Positions 19,666-35,632 of a stretch of DNA of 64,000 bases are shown here, piece by piece (positions within the stretch are counted from its first letter, which is position 1; every line of letters starts with the position of its first letter). Origin of the DNA: Escherichia coli. Lineage in GTDB: Bacteria; Pseudomonadota; Gammaproteobacteria; Enterobacterales; Enterobacteriaceae. A program made the translations under genes and the position numbers. The notes beneath the pieces are model-generated. The model worked only from the letters and a program-made list of their open reading frames with translations, was not told where the DNA came from and searched no databases. The DNA lies in assembly GCF_041248615.1 (NCBI RefSeq), contig NZ_CP158426.1. One strand, 5' to 3'.

Positions 19666-20592
19666 ATGAGTACAGTAAAAGTATGGGGTCTCGGTGATGC
19701 CGTGGTGGATTTATTACCGGAGAAGCCGGGCACGCTGTTGCAGTGCCCTGGTGGTGCGCCTGCCAATGTTGCCGTGGGCGTGGCCCGACTGGGGGGCCTG
19801 AGCGGGTTTGTCGGGTGTGTGGGGGATGACCCTTTCGGGCGTTTTATGCGCAAAACCCTGGCTGATGAGGGTGTGGACACGGCGTATATGCATACCGACC
19901 CTCTGTACCGGACTTCCACAGTGGTGGTGTCGCTGGTGCCGGGTGGTGAACGAACCTTCACATTTATGGTGCGCCCTTCGGCAGACCTTTTCCTTACCCC
20001 TGATGATTTACCGCCCTTTCGTGCCGGTGAATGGCTGCATACCTGCTCCAATGCCCTGAGTGCAGAGCCCTGCCGCAGCGCCACGTTTCAGGCCATGGAG
20101 AACATCCGGCAGGCTGGCGGCAGGGTCAGCTTTGACCCCAACATCCGGACTGACCTGTGGCAGAGCACATCGCAACTGCGTGAGTGTCTGCACCGGGCGC
20201 TCATGCTGGCGGATGTGGCAAAGGTATCGGAAGAGGAACTGTTCTTTATCAGCGGTGAACAGGATGTCCGGAAGGGAACCGATGTTCTGGCATCACATTA
20301 TCCCCTGGCACTGCTGCTGGTAACCCAAGGAAAGGATGGCGTGATGGCTCGCTGGCAGGGAAAAAACCTGTACTTCCCGGCAACACCGGTGGTGAGTGTG
20401 GACACGACCGGTGCCGGTGACGCCTTCGTGGCAGGTCTGCTGGCAGCGCTGGCGGCAGAGGGGATGCCCTCCGGTGAGCAGGCACTCGCATCCGTCATCG
20501 AACAGGCCCAGCGCTGTGGTGCGCTTGCCACGACAGCAAAAGGTGCCATGACAGCGTTACCCCGTCGCCAGGATTTACTGAAACACCCCTGA
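19666..20592 (+). CDS. Fructokinase (PfkB/ribokinase family, ScrK/CscK-like)
   Basis: 308 aa; N-terminal VWGLGDAVVDLLPE and C-terminal DTTGAGDAF PfkB signature. Confidence 0.8.
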   Translation: MSTVKVWGLGDAVVDLLPEKPGTLLQCPGGAPANVAVGVARLGGLSGFVGCVGDDPFGRFMRKTLADEGVDTAYMHTDPLYRTSTVVVSLVPGGERTFTFMVRPSADLFLTPDDLPPFRAGEWLHTCSNALSAEPCRSATFQAMENIRQAGGRVSFDPNIRTDLWQSTSQLRECLHRALMLADVAKVSEEELFFISGEQDVRKGTDVLASHYPLALLLVTQGKDGVMARWQGKNLYFPATPVVSVDTTGAGDAFVAGLLAALAAEGMPSGEQALASVIEQAQRCGALATTAKGAMTALPRRQDLLKHP

Positions 20593-20640
20593 CCGTTTCC
20601 TGCCCGTAACCGTTGTGCACGTCATTTTTGTTGCGGGTGA

Positions 20641-22188
<1,548 letters not shown>

Positions 22189-22193
22189 ACACT

Positions 22194-22219
22194 AACGCTC
22201 CCGGTGTACCGGGAGCGTT
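22194..22219 (+). terminator. Perfect hairpin 6 bp after the glycoporin stop
   Basis: aacgctcccgg tgta ccgggagcgtt. Confidence 0.4.
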
Positions 22220-22424
22220 GCCGGTCATTGTCCCGTAAATGAAAGCGTTGTTCATCAATAGGAATTTAAACCCCAAAAAGATTAAAAAAACACCTGAAAA
22301 AGGGCGCTTTCTCAGCATCGTCACACATGCCATAACTTCGACGTCATCAATTAAATGGACTTCATTGATTGATACCGGGTATCGTGACGGGAGCCTGTTT
22401 AGGATTCTGTGTAAATGCCTTTTC

Positions 22425-23204
22425 TCAGAAGTGACCGTCCAGGCGGTCACCGAACTCGATAATAAAGCGGCTCATTGCCATTCGCCAGTCCTTCAACGGC
22501 ATCGTCCATTTCTGGGACGCAGACTGGATTGCCAGCCACACCACTTTTTTCACCGAGTCGTCTGTCGGGAACACTTTACGCTTTTTGATCGCATGGCGGA
22601 TCACGCTGTTTAGCGACTCGATGGCATTCGTCGTATAGATCACTTTGCGGATGTCCGTTGGATAAGCGAAGAACGTGGCAAGATTCGGCCAGTTAGCCTG
22701 CCAGCTTCGGCTTATCTGAGGATAGCGACTGTCCCAGGCCGCAGCGAACGCTTCCAGTGCCTGCTGACCTGCCTCTTCCGTGGGAGCTTGATAAATCGCT
22801 TTCAGGTCGCGAGTGACGGCCTTGTAGTCCTTCCATGACACGAAGCGCAGGCTGTTGCGCACCATATGCACGATGCATAACTGGATGCGGGCCTTCGGAT
22901 ATACTGTGTTGATGGCATCCGGGAAGCCTTTCAGGCCATCCACACAGGCGATGAGGATATCGTTCAGACCGCGGTTTTTCAGTTCAGTCAGCACATTGAG
23001 CCAGAACTTCGCCCCTTCATTTTCGGCCAGCCACATACCCAGCAGTTCCTTCTGACCTTCGATATTGATGCCCAGTGCCAGGAACACCGATTTGTTGATG
23101 ACGCGACTGTCCTGCCGAACTTTCAGGACGATACAGTCAAGATAAACAATGGGGTAAACAGCATCCAGTGGTCTGTTTTGCCATTCTACAACCTGCTCCA
23201 TCAC
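22425..23204 (-). pseudogene. IS256-family transposase, N-terminally truncated (about 140 aa missing) by insertion of the IS629-like element
   Basis: 259-aa ORF matching the C-terminal two thirds of IS256-family transposases; upstream end abuts the IS629-like inverted repeat at about 23218. Confidence 0.7.
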
Positions 23205-23271
23205 GGCATCGGTGACCTGAGCCGCCCCGGGAATCCTGGAGACTAAACTCCCTGAGAAAGAGGTAAACAGA

Positions 23272-23598
23272 ATGACTAAAAATACTCGTTTTTCCCCCGA
23301 AGTCCGTCAGAGGGCGATTCGTATGGTTCTGGAAAGTCAGGGCGAATATGACTCACAGTGGGCGGCAATTTGTTCCATTGCCCCAAAGATTGGCTGTACA
23401 CCGGAGACTCTGCGTGTCTGGGTGCGCCAGCATGAGCGGGATACCGGAGGCGGTGATGGCGGGCTCACCACCGCTGAACGTCAGCGTCTGAAAGAGCTGG
23501 AACGTGAAAATCGTGAACTGCGCCGCAGTAACGATATCCTTCGCCAGGCTTCCGCTTATTTTGCGAAGGTGGAGTTCGACCGCCTCTGGAAAAAGTGA
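23272..23598 (+). CDS. IS629-like OrfA (HTH transposase subunit)
   Basis: 108 aa [21 protein letters not shown]...; leucine-zipper region; overlaps orfB in the -1 frame. Confidence 0.8.
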   Translation: MTKNTRFSPEVRQRAIRMVLESQGEYDSQWAAICSIAPKIGCTPETLRVWVRQHERDTGGGDGGLTTAERQRLKELERENRELRRSNDILRQASAYFAKVEFDRLWKK

Positions 23599-24012
23599 TG
23601 CCACTGCTGGATAAGCTGCGTAAGCTGTACGGGGTCGGACCGGTATGCAGTGAACTACATATTGCCCCGTCAACGTATTACCACTGTCAGCAACAGCGAC
23701 ATCATCCTGATAAACGCAGTGCCCGTGCGCAGCGCGATGACTGGCTGAAGAAAGAGATACTGCGCGTATACGATGGGAATCATCAGGTATACGGTGTGCG
23801 TAAAGTCTGGCGTCAGTTGTTACGGGAAGGAATCAGGGTAGCCAGATGTACAGTGGCGCGCCTCATGGCGGTTATGGGACTTGCCGGTGTTCTCCGGGGT
23901 AAAAAGGTCCGCACTACCGTCAGCCGGAAAGCCGTTGCCGCAGGCGACCGCGTAAACCGTCAGTTTGTGGCAGAACGTCCTGACCAGTTGTGGGTGGCTG
24001 ATTTTACTTACG
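23595..24012 (+). pseudogene. IS629-like OrfB, interrupted after ...QLWVADFTY by a group II intron
   Basis: Transposase homology ends at 24012; intron consensus GTGTG follows at 24013. Confidence 0.7.
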
Positions 24013-26769
<2,757 letters not shown>

Positions 26770-26837
26770 GTGGGTGGTGGTGTTAAGAGCATGCGGTCTG
26801 CGTAAGAGAAAGGGGTGAGCATTTTACGCTGCTGTTG

Positions 26838-26940
26838 CTGCCGGATGCGGCTCGCGCCTTATCCGGCCTATAAATGAGCGTGAAACGCAGGCCTACAAAT
26901 GAGTGTGAAATGTAGGCCTGATAAGCGAAGCGCCATCAGG
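26838..26940. repeat. Cluster of REP-like palindromic units
   Basis: gccggatgcggctcgcgccttatccggcctat and gcaggcctacaaatgagtgtgaaatgtaggcctgataagcgaagcgccatcagg. Confidence 0.6.
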
Positions 26941-27142
26941 AATAAGTGCCAGGTATTACACGCGGAAGTAGCGTGGTGGAATCAACGCGGAAAAGGCGTC
27001 GAACTTCTTCACCATCTTTTTCCAGAACAACATAACAACAATCCTCGATTTGAAACATCGGCGCTATTTTAGTCAGCGCCGACAAATCGTAAAGCCTGTC
27101 GCCTTGTTCCGTTTCTGGGGTGGTATAAACCTTTTTGGTCAC
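26936..27142 (-). CDS. Possible small protein (68 aa) downstream of the lactate permease gene
   Basis: ORF only; hydrophilic composition; could be non-coding. Confidence 0.25.
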   Translation of the reverse strand: MTKKVYTTPETEQGDRLYDLSALTKIAPMFQIEDCCYVVLEKDGEEVRRLFRVDSTTLLPRVIPGTYS

Positions 27143-27190
27143 TGTGTCGTCAAATACGATTGCCGCGAATTTGACGGGGTTGACAATGGC

Positions 27191-28744
27191 TTACGCCATA
27201 AACCAGTAATAAAAGAGACCGACTTTCAGGCCAAGGATCACAATGTAGGCACAGCAGTATTTCATGGTGCCAGACATGATCTGATTGGCCTGACCGTCCA
27301 TTTTGGTGGCAGAAACCGCGATGGCGATGCTTTGCGGCGAAATCATTTTGCCCCCCGTAGCGCCAGAGGTATTGGCCGCCGCCAGCCAGTTGGGATCGAT
27401 ATGTAACTTGCTGGCAGCTATGGTTTGCAGCTTGCCAAACAGAATGTTCGAGTTGGTATCGCTGCCGGTAACGAACGTGCCCAGCGCGCCAATCACCGGG
27501 GCGAGGAAGACGTACGAGCTGCCGGTCAGATCGACAATCGACTGCGCCAGTGTGGAGATAATCCCGCTGAGATCCATCACCGTGGCCAGCGCGACGATCG
27601 CCATAATTGCCACGATAGAGTTTTTAAGCTGGAAAATCGTTTTGATAAATACTTCCAGCATCCCGCGTGCGGACGCTCCCTGAATAAAACCGCCGATAAT
27701 GGTCGCAAAGATAATCAGCATCCCTGGTGTGGTCACCCATTCAACTTTCAGTGCCATCGTTTTGCCGTCAGCCAACGTGAAATGCAGCACCGAAGCCAGT
27801 TGGGATGCCGCGCCTTTTATTGTCGGAAACAGCGGCGAACACAGCAGGATAAACACAAAAATAAACAGATAGATAGAGCCCACGCGGAACAACACTTTTG
27901 CCGAGCGCGGCGTGGTTTCGCGGGTATGGCTGACCTCAATGCGCCACTCTGGATCGGTTTTCCCTTTGCGCAGGCGACTGACCATCGCCACGGCAAACAG
28001 GCTGACCAGGCTACCGGCAAAAGCGGGTAATTCCGCGCCAAGATGGATGGCGACAAAATATTGCGGAATCAGCGTGGAAATGCCGCAAATCAACGTGATC
28101 AGAAATACGCCGCGAATGGCTTTCAGGCCACCGCCAATAATGCAGACAATCACAAACGGCAGCAGGATATTAAACAGCGCGAGCTGCAAAATAATGGTTC
28201 CGCCTAAGGTATAAACCGGCAGATTAACCTGCTCTGCCAGAATAGAAACCGGGATCCCAACCGCGCCAAATGCGGTCGGAACGGTATTTGCTACGAGGGA
28301 AGCAATCGCCGCCTTCAACGGGTTGAATCCCAGCGCAATGAGAATACCGATCGGAATAGCGACCGCCGTGCCATAGCCCGCAGCGGCTTCAAGAAATCCA
28401 CCAAAACACCATGAAATCAGCAGCACCTGAATACGCTTATCTTCGCTAATGCTGGCGAGAATATCGCGCAGAATATCCAGCGCTTTGGTCGCCTGCATGA
28501 CGTTATAACTGAAGATAGCGCCGAGGATAACAATTACGATCGGCCATAGTCCCTTCAGTGCACCATAGCCTATCGCGGCTTTCAAATTTTGTACGGGCAT
28601 TTCCCAGAATATTGCCGATAGTGCAGCGGTGAATACCAAAGAGATCAGTACGGAATAATGGATGGGCATTTTTAATTTCAGTATTAAAAATACCATCAGC
28701 AGCAAAGGAGAGAGTGCCAGAGCAAACATTAAATATTCGTGCAT
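27191..28744 (-). CDS. Lactate permease (LctP family)
   Basis: 517-aa polytopic membrane protein with LctP-family conserved segments; divergent from the dld-like gene. Confidence 0.8.
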   Translation of the reverse strand: MHEYLMFALALSPLLLMVFLILKLKMPIHYSVLISLVFTAALSAIFWEMPVQNLKAAIGYGALKGLWPIVIVILGAIFSYNVMQATKALDILRDILASISEDKRIQVLLISWCFGGFLEAAAGYGTAVAIPIGILIALGFNPLKAAIASLVANTVPTAFGAVGIPVSILAEQVNLPVYTLGGTIILQLALFNILLPFVIVCIIGGGLKAIRGVFLITLICGISTLIPQYFVAIHLGAELPAFAGSLVSLFAVAMVSRLRKGKTDPEWRIEVSHTRETTPRSAKVLFRVGSIYLFIFVFILLCSPLFPTIKGAASQLASVLHFTLADGKTMALKVEWVTTPGMLIIFATIIGGFIQGASARGMLEVFIKTIFQLKNSIVAIMAIVALATVMDLSGIISTLAQSIVDLTGSSYVFLAPVIGALGTFVTGSDTNSNILFGKLQTIAASKLHIDPNWLAAANTSGATGGKMISPQSIAIAVSATKMDGQANQIMSGTMKYCCAYIVILGLKVGLFYYWFMA

Positions 28745-29174
28745 TACAATTCCCGATTTACTTTTTTAGACTGAGCTATATTTATGGGGAAGGAAGCTAC
28801 CTGAATAATAAAATAAAAAATGCTAACTGAATCGCTTCAGTGAAATAAAGTTATAAAGGTTAATAATTGTATAAATAATGTTATTTTTTTATTAAATATG
28901 AATAACCACTAAATATTACAACACCCATTAGAGTTAATCATTAATAGGTATGGGATGATCTTTGCAATAAATAAGTGTTTTGGCATCCCCTCAAAGGGCG
29001 AGGTATGAATTATATGGCGGTGGTAATTTCATTAAAAAATGTGAGCGGTACCGAAAGAAATAAAATGGGGTATTGCATGTGGATATTGATTGAGGGAATA
29101 TTCTGCTTTGTCATACAAATGAACTTATAGCCATTTTCACTGGCCCTGATATAAGGAGCGGAGAGCCGCCCTCC

Positions 29175-30872
29175 ATGAAACATACTGATAATAAGACCTT
29201 TTTGACGACTCTTACCCAATTGGTTGGCCCTGCTCATATCCTCACCGAACCGTCAAAAACTGCGTGTTACCGTAAGGGATTCCGCTCGGGTCAGGGTGAT
29301 GCTCTGGCGGTGGTTATCCCCGGCTCTTTGCTTGAACTCTGGAAAGTCCTCAGCGCCTGCGTTGAGGCTGATAAAATAATCCTGATGCAGGCGTCGAACA
29401 CAGGCCTGACCGAGGGTTCGACGCCAAATGGTAATGACTACGACCGCGAGATCGTCATTATCAGCACGCTGCGGCTGGACAGTCTGCATGTGCTGGATGA
29501 GGGCAAGCAGGTGCTGGCTTATCCGGGCACCACGCTGTACTCGCTGGAAAGGGCGCTGAAGCCGTTTGGCCGTGAGCCGCATTCGGTGATCGGCTCTTCG
29601 TGCATCGGCGCGTCGGTTATCGGCGGTATCTGTAATAACTCGGGCGGTTCTCTGGTCCAGCGAGGCCCGGCTTACACCGAGATGTCGCTGTTTGCCCGCA
29701 TTGATGAACAGGGACGCTTGCAGCTGGTCAATCACCTTGGCATTGAGCTAGGTCAGACGCCAGAGCAAATCCTTGCCCGGCTGGATAACAATGTGATTGA
29801 AGCCGCGCTCGTCAACCATGACGGACGTCACGCGCACGATCACGACTATGTTAGCCGCGTGCGGGACATCAATGCCGACACGCCAGCACGTTACAACGCT
29901 GACCCGGATCGCCTGTTTGAATCCTCTGGCTGCGCGGGCAAGTTAGCGGTGTTTGCCGTACGTCTGGATACCTTTGAAGCCGAGAAGAACCAGCAGGTCT
30001 TTTATATCGGTACCAATCAGACTGATGTCCTGACTGAGATTCGCCGCCACATCCTGGCGAATTTTACAAACCTGCCGGTTGCTGGGGAGTATATGCACCG
30101 CGATATCTATGATATTGCAGAGAAATACAGCAAAGATACCTTCCTGATGATCGACAAACTTGGCACGGACAAAATGCCGTTCTTCTTCAACCTGAAGGGG
30201 CGTACCGAGGCCATACTTGAGAAGGTGAAGATCTTTCGCCCGCACTTTACTGACCGCGCGATGCAGGCTTTTAGCCATCTGTTCCCGAGCCATCTCCCGG
30301 CGCGGATGAAGACCTGGCGCGATAACTATGAACACCATCTGATGTTGAAAATGTCCGGCGAGGGTGTGGCCGAAGCCCAGGCATGGTTAACGGACTATTT
30401 TAAATCGGCCGAGGGCGCGTTCTTTACCTGTACCGCGGAAGAGGGCAGTAAGGCGTTTCTGCATCGTTTTGCCGCCGCGGGTGCTGCCATTCGTTATCAG
30501 GCCGTTCATTCTGACGAGGTTGAGGATATTCTCGCGCTGGATATTGCATTACGCCGCAATGATACCGAATGGTATGAGTATTTACCTGCGGAAATTGACA
30601 GTCAGTTGGTGCATAAACTCTATTACGGCCATTTTATGTGCCATGTATTCCATCAGGATTATATCGTTAAAAAAGGCGTAGATGCCCACGCGTTAAAAGA
30701 ACAGATGCTGGAATTACTGCGCCAACGCGGAGCGCAATATCCGGCGGAACACAATGTCGGCCATCTGTATAAAGCGCCGGAAAATTTGGCACGTTTTTAT
30801 CAGGAAAATGATCCGACCAACACTATGAATCCAGGTATTGGTAAAACCAGCAAACATAAAAACTGGGCATGA
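29175..30872 (+). CDS. dld: FAD-dependent, quinone-linked D-lactate dehydrogenase (Dld-like)
   Basis: 565 aa, collinear with E. coli Dld (DNK.FL..L..LVG..H.LT.P.KTA.YRKGFRSGQGDALAVV...). Confidence 0.85.
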   Translation: MKHTDNKTFLTTLTQLVGPAHILTEPSKTACYRKGFRSGQGDALAVVIPGSLLELWKVLSACVEADKIILMQASNTGLTEGSTPNGNDYDREIVIISTLRLDSLHVLDEGKQVLAYPGTTLYSLERALKPFGREPHSVIGSSCIGASVIGGICNNSGGSLVQRGPAYTEMSLFARIDEQGRLQLVNHLGIELGQTPEQILARLDNNVIEAALVNHDGRHAHDHDYVSRVRDINADTPARYNADPDRLFESSGCAGKLAVFAVRLDTFEAEKNQQVFYIGTNQTDVLTEIRRHILANFTNLPVAGEYMHRDIYDIAEKYSKDTFLMIDKLGTDKMPFFFNLKGRTEAILEKVKIFRPHFTDRAMQAFSHLFPSHLPARMKTWRDNYEHHLMLKMSGEGVAEAQAWLTDYFKSAEGAFFTCTAEEGSKAFLHRFAAAGAAIRYQAVHSDEVEDILALDIALRRNDTEWYEYLPAEIDSQLVHKLYYGHFMCHVFHQDYIVKKGVDAHALKEQMLELLRQRGAQYPAEHNVGHLYKAPENLARFYQENDPTNTMNPGIGKTSKHKNWA

Positions 30873-30946
30873 AATACGAATGAACATTTGTTTGATATCG
30901 CGATATCAAGCGCAATAAACAGAAATGAAGCAATGGAGTAGTTATT

Positions 30947-31666
30947 GTGAATGTAAATTTCTTTGTCACCTGTATTGGTGACGCACTGAAATCACGGATG
31001 GCACGAGACTCCGTATTGCTGCTGGAAAAACTGGGTTGTCGCGTTAATTTCCCCGAGAAGCAAGGGTGTTGCGGTCAGCCAGCCATCAACAGCGGTTACA
31101 TCAAAGAGGCGATCCCCGGGATGAAAAACCTGATCGCCGCGCTGGAAGACAACGACGATCCGATTATCTCCCCGGCGGGCTCCTGCACCTACGCGGTTAA
31201 AAGCTACCCGACGTATCTGGCCGATGAACCGGAATGGGCGCTGCGTGCTGAGAAAGTTTCCGCGCGTATGCAGGATCTCACCTCCTTTATCGTCAACAAA
31301 CTGGGTGTGGTGGACGTTGGTGCCAGCCTGCAGGGCCGCGCTGTGTATCATCCTTCCTGTAGCCTGACCCGCAAACTGGGAGTGAAGGAAGAGCCGCTTA
31401 CGCTGCTGAAAAACGTGCGCGGACTGGAGCTGTTGACGTTTGCCGATCAGGATACCTGTTGCGGCTTTGGCGGGACGTTCTCGGTCAAGATGGCCGAGAT
31501 ATCCGGTGAGATGGTGAAAGAGAAAGTATTACATCTGATGGACGCAAAGCCGGAATTTTTGATTGGCGCAGACGTTAGCTGCCTGCTGAACATTGGCGGT
31601 CGACTGCAACGGGAAGGCCAGCCGGTCAAAGTGATGCATATTGCTGAAGTGCTGATGAGCCGCTGA
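30947..31666 (+). CDS. lutA: Lactate utilisation protein A (YkgE-like; CCG-domain Fe-S oxidoreductase subunit)
   Basis: 239 aa with two cysteine-rich CCG motifs; collinear with K-12 YkgE. Confidence 0.85.
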   Translation: MNVNFFVTCIGDALKSRMARDSVLLLEKLGCRVNFPEKQGCCGQPAINSGYIKEAIPGMKNLIAALEDNDDPIISPAGSCTYAVKSYPTYLADEPEWALRAEKVSARMQDLTSFIVNKLGVVDVGASLQGRAVYHPSCSLTRKLGVKEEPLTLLKNVRGLELLTFADQDTCCGFGGTFSVKMAEISGEMVKEKVLHLMDAKPEFLIGADVSCLLNIGGRLQREGQPVKVMHIAEVLMSR

Positions 31667-31676
31667 GGGGAAAGAG

Positions 31677-33104
31677 ATGTCGATAAAAACCAGCGATGTA
31701 GAATTTAAACTGCGTATTCGTCAGCAGATAGAAGATCCGATTATGCGCAAAGCCGTGGCTAATGCGCAGGAGCGTATCGGCGCGAATCGGCAAAAAATGG
31801 TCGATGAGTTAGGCCACTGGGAAGAATGGCGCGATCGTGCCAGCCAGATCCGCGATCACGTTCTGAGCAACCTCGACGCTTACCTGTACCAACTCTCCGA
31901 GAAAGTGACGGAAAACGGCGGACACGTCTATTTCGCCAAAACCAAAGAAGATGCCACTCGCTACATTTTGCAGGTCGCGCAGAGTAAAAATGCGCAGAAG
32001 GTGGTGAAGTCCAAGTCGATGGTGACCGAAGAAATCGGCGTCAACCATGTGTTGCAGGATGCCGGAATCCAGGTGATCGAAACCGATCTCGGGGAATATA
32101 TCCTGCAGTTGGATCAGGATCCGCCTTCGCACGTCGTGGTTCCGGCGATTCATAAAGATCGCTACCAGATCCGCCGCGTGCTGAACGAACGTCTGGGGTA
32201 CGACGGCCCGGAAACCCCGGAAGCTATGACCTTGTTCATTCGTCAGAAGATCCGCGAGGATTTCCTCAGTGCCGAAATCGGTATTACTGGCTGTAACTTT
32301 GCCGTGGCGGAAACCGGCTCGGTGTGTCTGGTGACCAACGAAGGCAACGCGCGCATGTGCACCACGCTACCGAAAACGCACATTGCGGTGATGGGCATGG
32401 AGCGTATCGCGCCGACCTTTGCCGAGGTGGATGTGCTGATTACCATGCTGGCGCGCAGCGCCGTGGGCGCACGTCTGACGGGCTACAACACCTGGCTGAC
32501 CGGCCCGCGTGATGCGGACAACGTTGACGGACCGGAAGAGTTCCATCTGGTGATTGTCGATAACGGTCGCTCGCAGGTGCTGGGCTCAGAGTTTCGCGAT
32601 GTGCTGCGCTGCATCCGCTGCGGAGCCTGTATGAACACCTGTCCGGCGTACCGCCACATCGGCGGGCACGGCTATGGCTCTATCTATCCCGGCCCTATCG
32701 GCGCGGTGATTTCTCCGCTGCTCGGCGGCTATAAAGATTTTAAAGACCTGCCGTACGCCTGTTCTTTGTGCACGGCTTGTGACAGCGTCTGCCCGGTGCG
32801 TATTCCGTTGTCAAAACTGATCCTGCGTCATCGCCGGGTGATGGCCGAGGAGGGCATTACGCCGAAAGCCGAGCGACGGGCGATCAAGATGTTCGCCTAT
32901 GCCAATAGCCATCCGGGGCTGTGGAAAGTCGGGATGATGGCGGGCGCGCATGCGGCGAGCTGGTTTATCAATGGCGGCAAAACCCCGCTCAAGATTGGCG
33001 CGATTGGTGACTGGATGGAGGCGCGCGATCTGCCTGATGCTGACGGCGAGAGCTTCCGCAGCTGGTTTAAGAAACATCAGGCGCAGGAGAAAAAGAATGG
33101 ATAA
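31677..33104 (+). CDS. lutB: Lactate utilisation protein B (YkgF-like; 4Fe-4S ferredoxin-type with LUD domain)
   Basis: 475 aa; CxxCxxCxxxCP motifs (CIRCGACMNTCP, CSLCTACDSVCP). Confidence 0.85.
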   Translation: MSIKTSDVEFKLRIRQQIEDPIMRKAVANAQERIGANRQKMVDELGHWEEWRDRASQIRDHVLSNLDAYLYQLSEKVTENGGHVYFAKTKEDATRYILQVAQSKNAQKVVKSKSMVTEEIGVNHVLQDAGIQVIETDLGEYILQLDQDPPSHVVVPAIHKDRYQIRRVLNERLGYDGPETPEAMTLFIRQKIREDFLSAEIGITGCNFAVAETGSVCLVTNEGNARMCTTLPKTHIAVMGMERIAPTFAEVDVLITMLARSAVGARLTGYNTWLTGPRDADNVDGPEEFHLVIVDNGRSQVLGSEFRDVLRCIRCGACMNTCPAYRHIGGHGYGSIYPGPIGAVISPLLGGYKDFKDLPYACSLCTACDSVCPVRIPLSKLILRHRRVMAEEGITPKAERRAIKMFAYANSHPGLWKVGMMAGAHAASWFINGGKTPLKIGAIGDWMEARDLPDADGESFRSWFKKHQAQEKKNG

Positions 33105-33792
33105 CCGTACCGCGTTTTTAAACACCATCGCCCAGGCGCTGGGTCGCCCGCTGCGCTTCGAACCGCAAGCGGATGCCGCACCGGTTAACAACTATGCCAA
33201 CGAGCGCCTGACCGAGCTTAGCCCCGAGCAGCGCTGCTCTGCGTTTATCCAGTTTGCCAGCGAAGTGATGCTGGCCCGCTGCGAACTGACCAGCGAGGAC
33301 CAGGCCGCAGACGCGGCACTGCGCCTGTGCGAAGAATTGGGTCAGCAGCCGGTGGTGCTGAGCGGCGACAGCCGGCTGGTGGAGCTGGGCATCACCGAAC
33401 GCTTGCAGCAGGAATGCAACGCCGTGGTCTGGGATCCGGCGCGTGGTAGCGAAAATATTACCCAGGCCGAGCAGGCGAAAGTCGGCGTGGTGTATGCCGA
33501 ATATGGCCTGACCGAGTCCGGCGGCGTGGTGCTGTTTTCCGCACCGGAGCGCGGGCGCTCCCTGAGCCTGTTGCCGGAGTCCTCTATTTTCGTGCTGCGT
33601 AAAAGCACCATCCTGCCGCGCGTGGCGCAGCTGGCAGAAAAACTGCATCAGAAAGCACAGGCCGGTGAGCGTATGCCATCGTGCATTAATATCATCAGTG
33701 GACCCAGCTCGACGGCGGATATTGAGCTTATCAAGGTGGTTGGGGTGCATGGTCCGGTGAAGGCGGTATATCTGATTATTGAGGATTGTTGA
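33097..33792 (+). CDS. lutC: Lactate utilisation protein C (YkgG-like; LUD domain); ORF-track start 32950 is an upstream extension
   Basis: ATG at 33097 preceded by aggagaaaaag RBS and overlapping lutB stop; product MDNRTAFLNTIAQALG... Confidence 0.8.
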   Translation: MDNRTAFLNTIAQALGRPLRFEPQADAAPVNNYANERLTELSPEQRCSAFIQFASEVMLARCELTSEDQAADAALRLCEELGQQPVVLSGDSRLVELGITERLQQECNAVVWDPARGSENITQAEQAKVGVVYAEYGLTESGGVVLFSAPERGRSLSLLPESSIFVLRKSTILPRVAQLAEKLHQKAQAGERMPSCINIISGPSSTADIELIKVVGVHGPVKAVYLIIEDC

Positions 33793-33841
33793 GGCAGGAT
33801 GGAAAACCGCTCTGGCGCTGTGGGCCAGAGCGGTATCAACG

Positions 33842-34300
33842 TTATGCAATCATGCTGATGATCAACACGATTATCAGGCCAACCACGGAGTTTACCAGCT
33901 CCAGCAGACCCCAGGTTTTCAGCGTATCCTTCACCGACAGATCAAAGTAGCCTTTGAACAGCCAGAACGAAGCATCGTTGATATGGGTCAGCGTGTTGGA
34001 GCCAGCCGCTGTTGCCAGCACCAGCAACGCCGGGTCGACGCCCACCAGTTGACCGGTTGCCGGGTCGAGGATTGCTGCGCTAATAATCCTCGCCGCCGTC
34101 ATGGCTGAGACCACGCCCTGACCCGTTGCCAGACGGATCAGCACGGTTATCAACCACGCCATGATGTAGGGAGAAATATTGCCGTGTGACATCAGCATGC
34201 CGATGGTATCGCCGATGCCGGTATCGATAATGGTTTGCTTCAGTACGCCGCCTGCCACTGACTGCCGGAGCAGGGACTGCGCTGACTCTGTAAATCCGCC
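33842..34300 (-). pseudogene. GntP-family permease, C-terminal remnant only (about 150 aa)
   Basis: GntP-like C-terminal segments (IDTGIGD...[22 protein letters not shown]...); homology lost upstream of about 34300; the ORF continues spuriously into IS5. Confidence 0.5.
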
Positions 34301-34436
34301 GCTCTGTACGTTGGGATTGTTAATCCGAGTAACTAAGTAACACGCTATACCTTGACTCCTTATGCTTACATGCTTGCACATCGTTACGGCACAAAATTCA
34401 ACTGTGGCAAAGCAAGTGCGCTGTTGCGTTCTCTTG

Positions 34437-35632
<1,196 letters not shown>

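Larger units (their letters stand above)
23218..24012 (+). mobile_element. IS629-like (IS3 family) left part: inverted repeat, orfA and 5' portion of orfB up to the intron insertion site
   Basis: Terminal repeat TGAGCCGCCCCGGGAATCCTGGAGACTAAACTCCC; orfA and orfB N-terminus match IS629/IS1203-type proteins. Confidence 0.75.

Noticed and set aside
27303-28214. Plus-strand ORFs inside the lactate permease gene (27303..27683, 27425..28030, 27912..28214)
   Set aside because: Antisense to a well-supported membrane transporter gene; the translations have Arg/Cys-rich compositions typical of spurious frames.
32950-33096. N-terminal extension of lutC suggested by the ORF track (280 aa)
   Set aside because: The extension overlaps the lutB 3' end in another frame; the ATG at 33097 has an RBS and gives the expected LutC/YkgG N-terminus.
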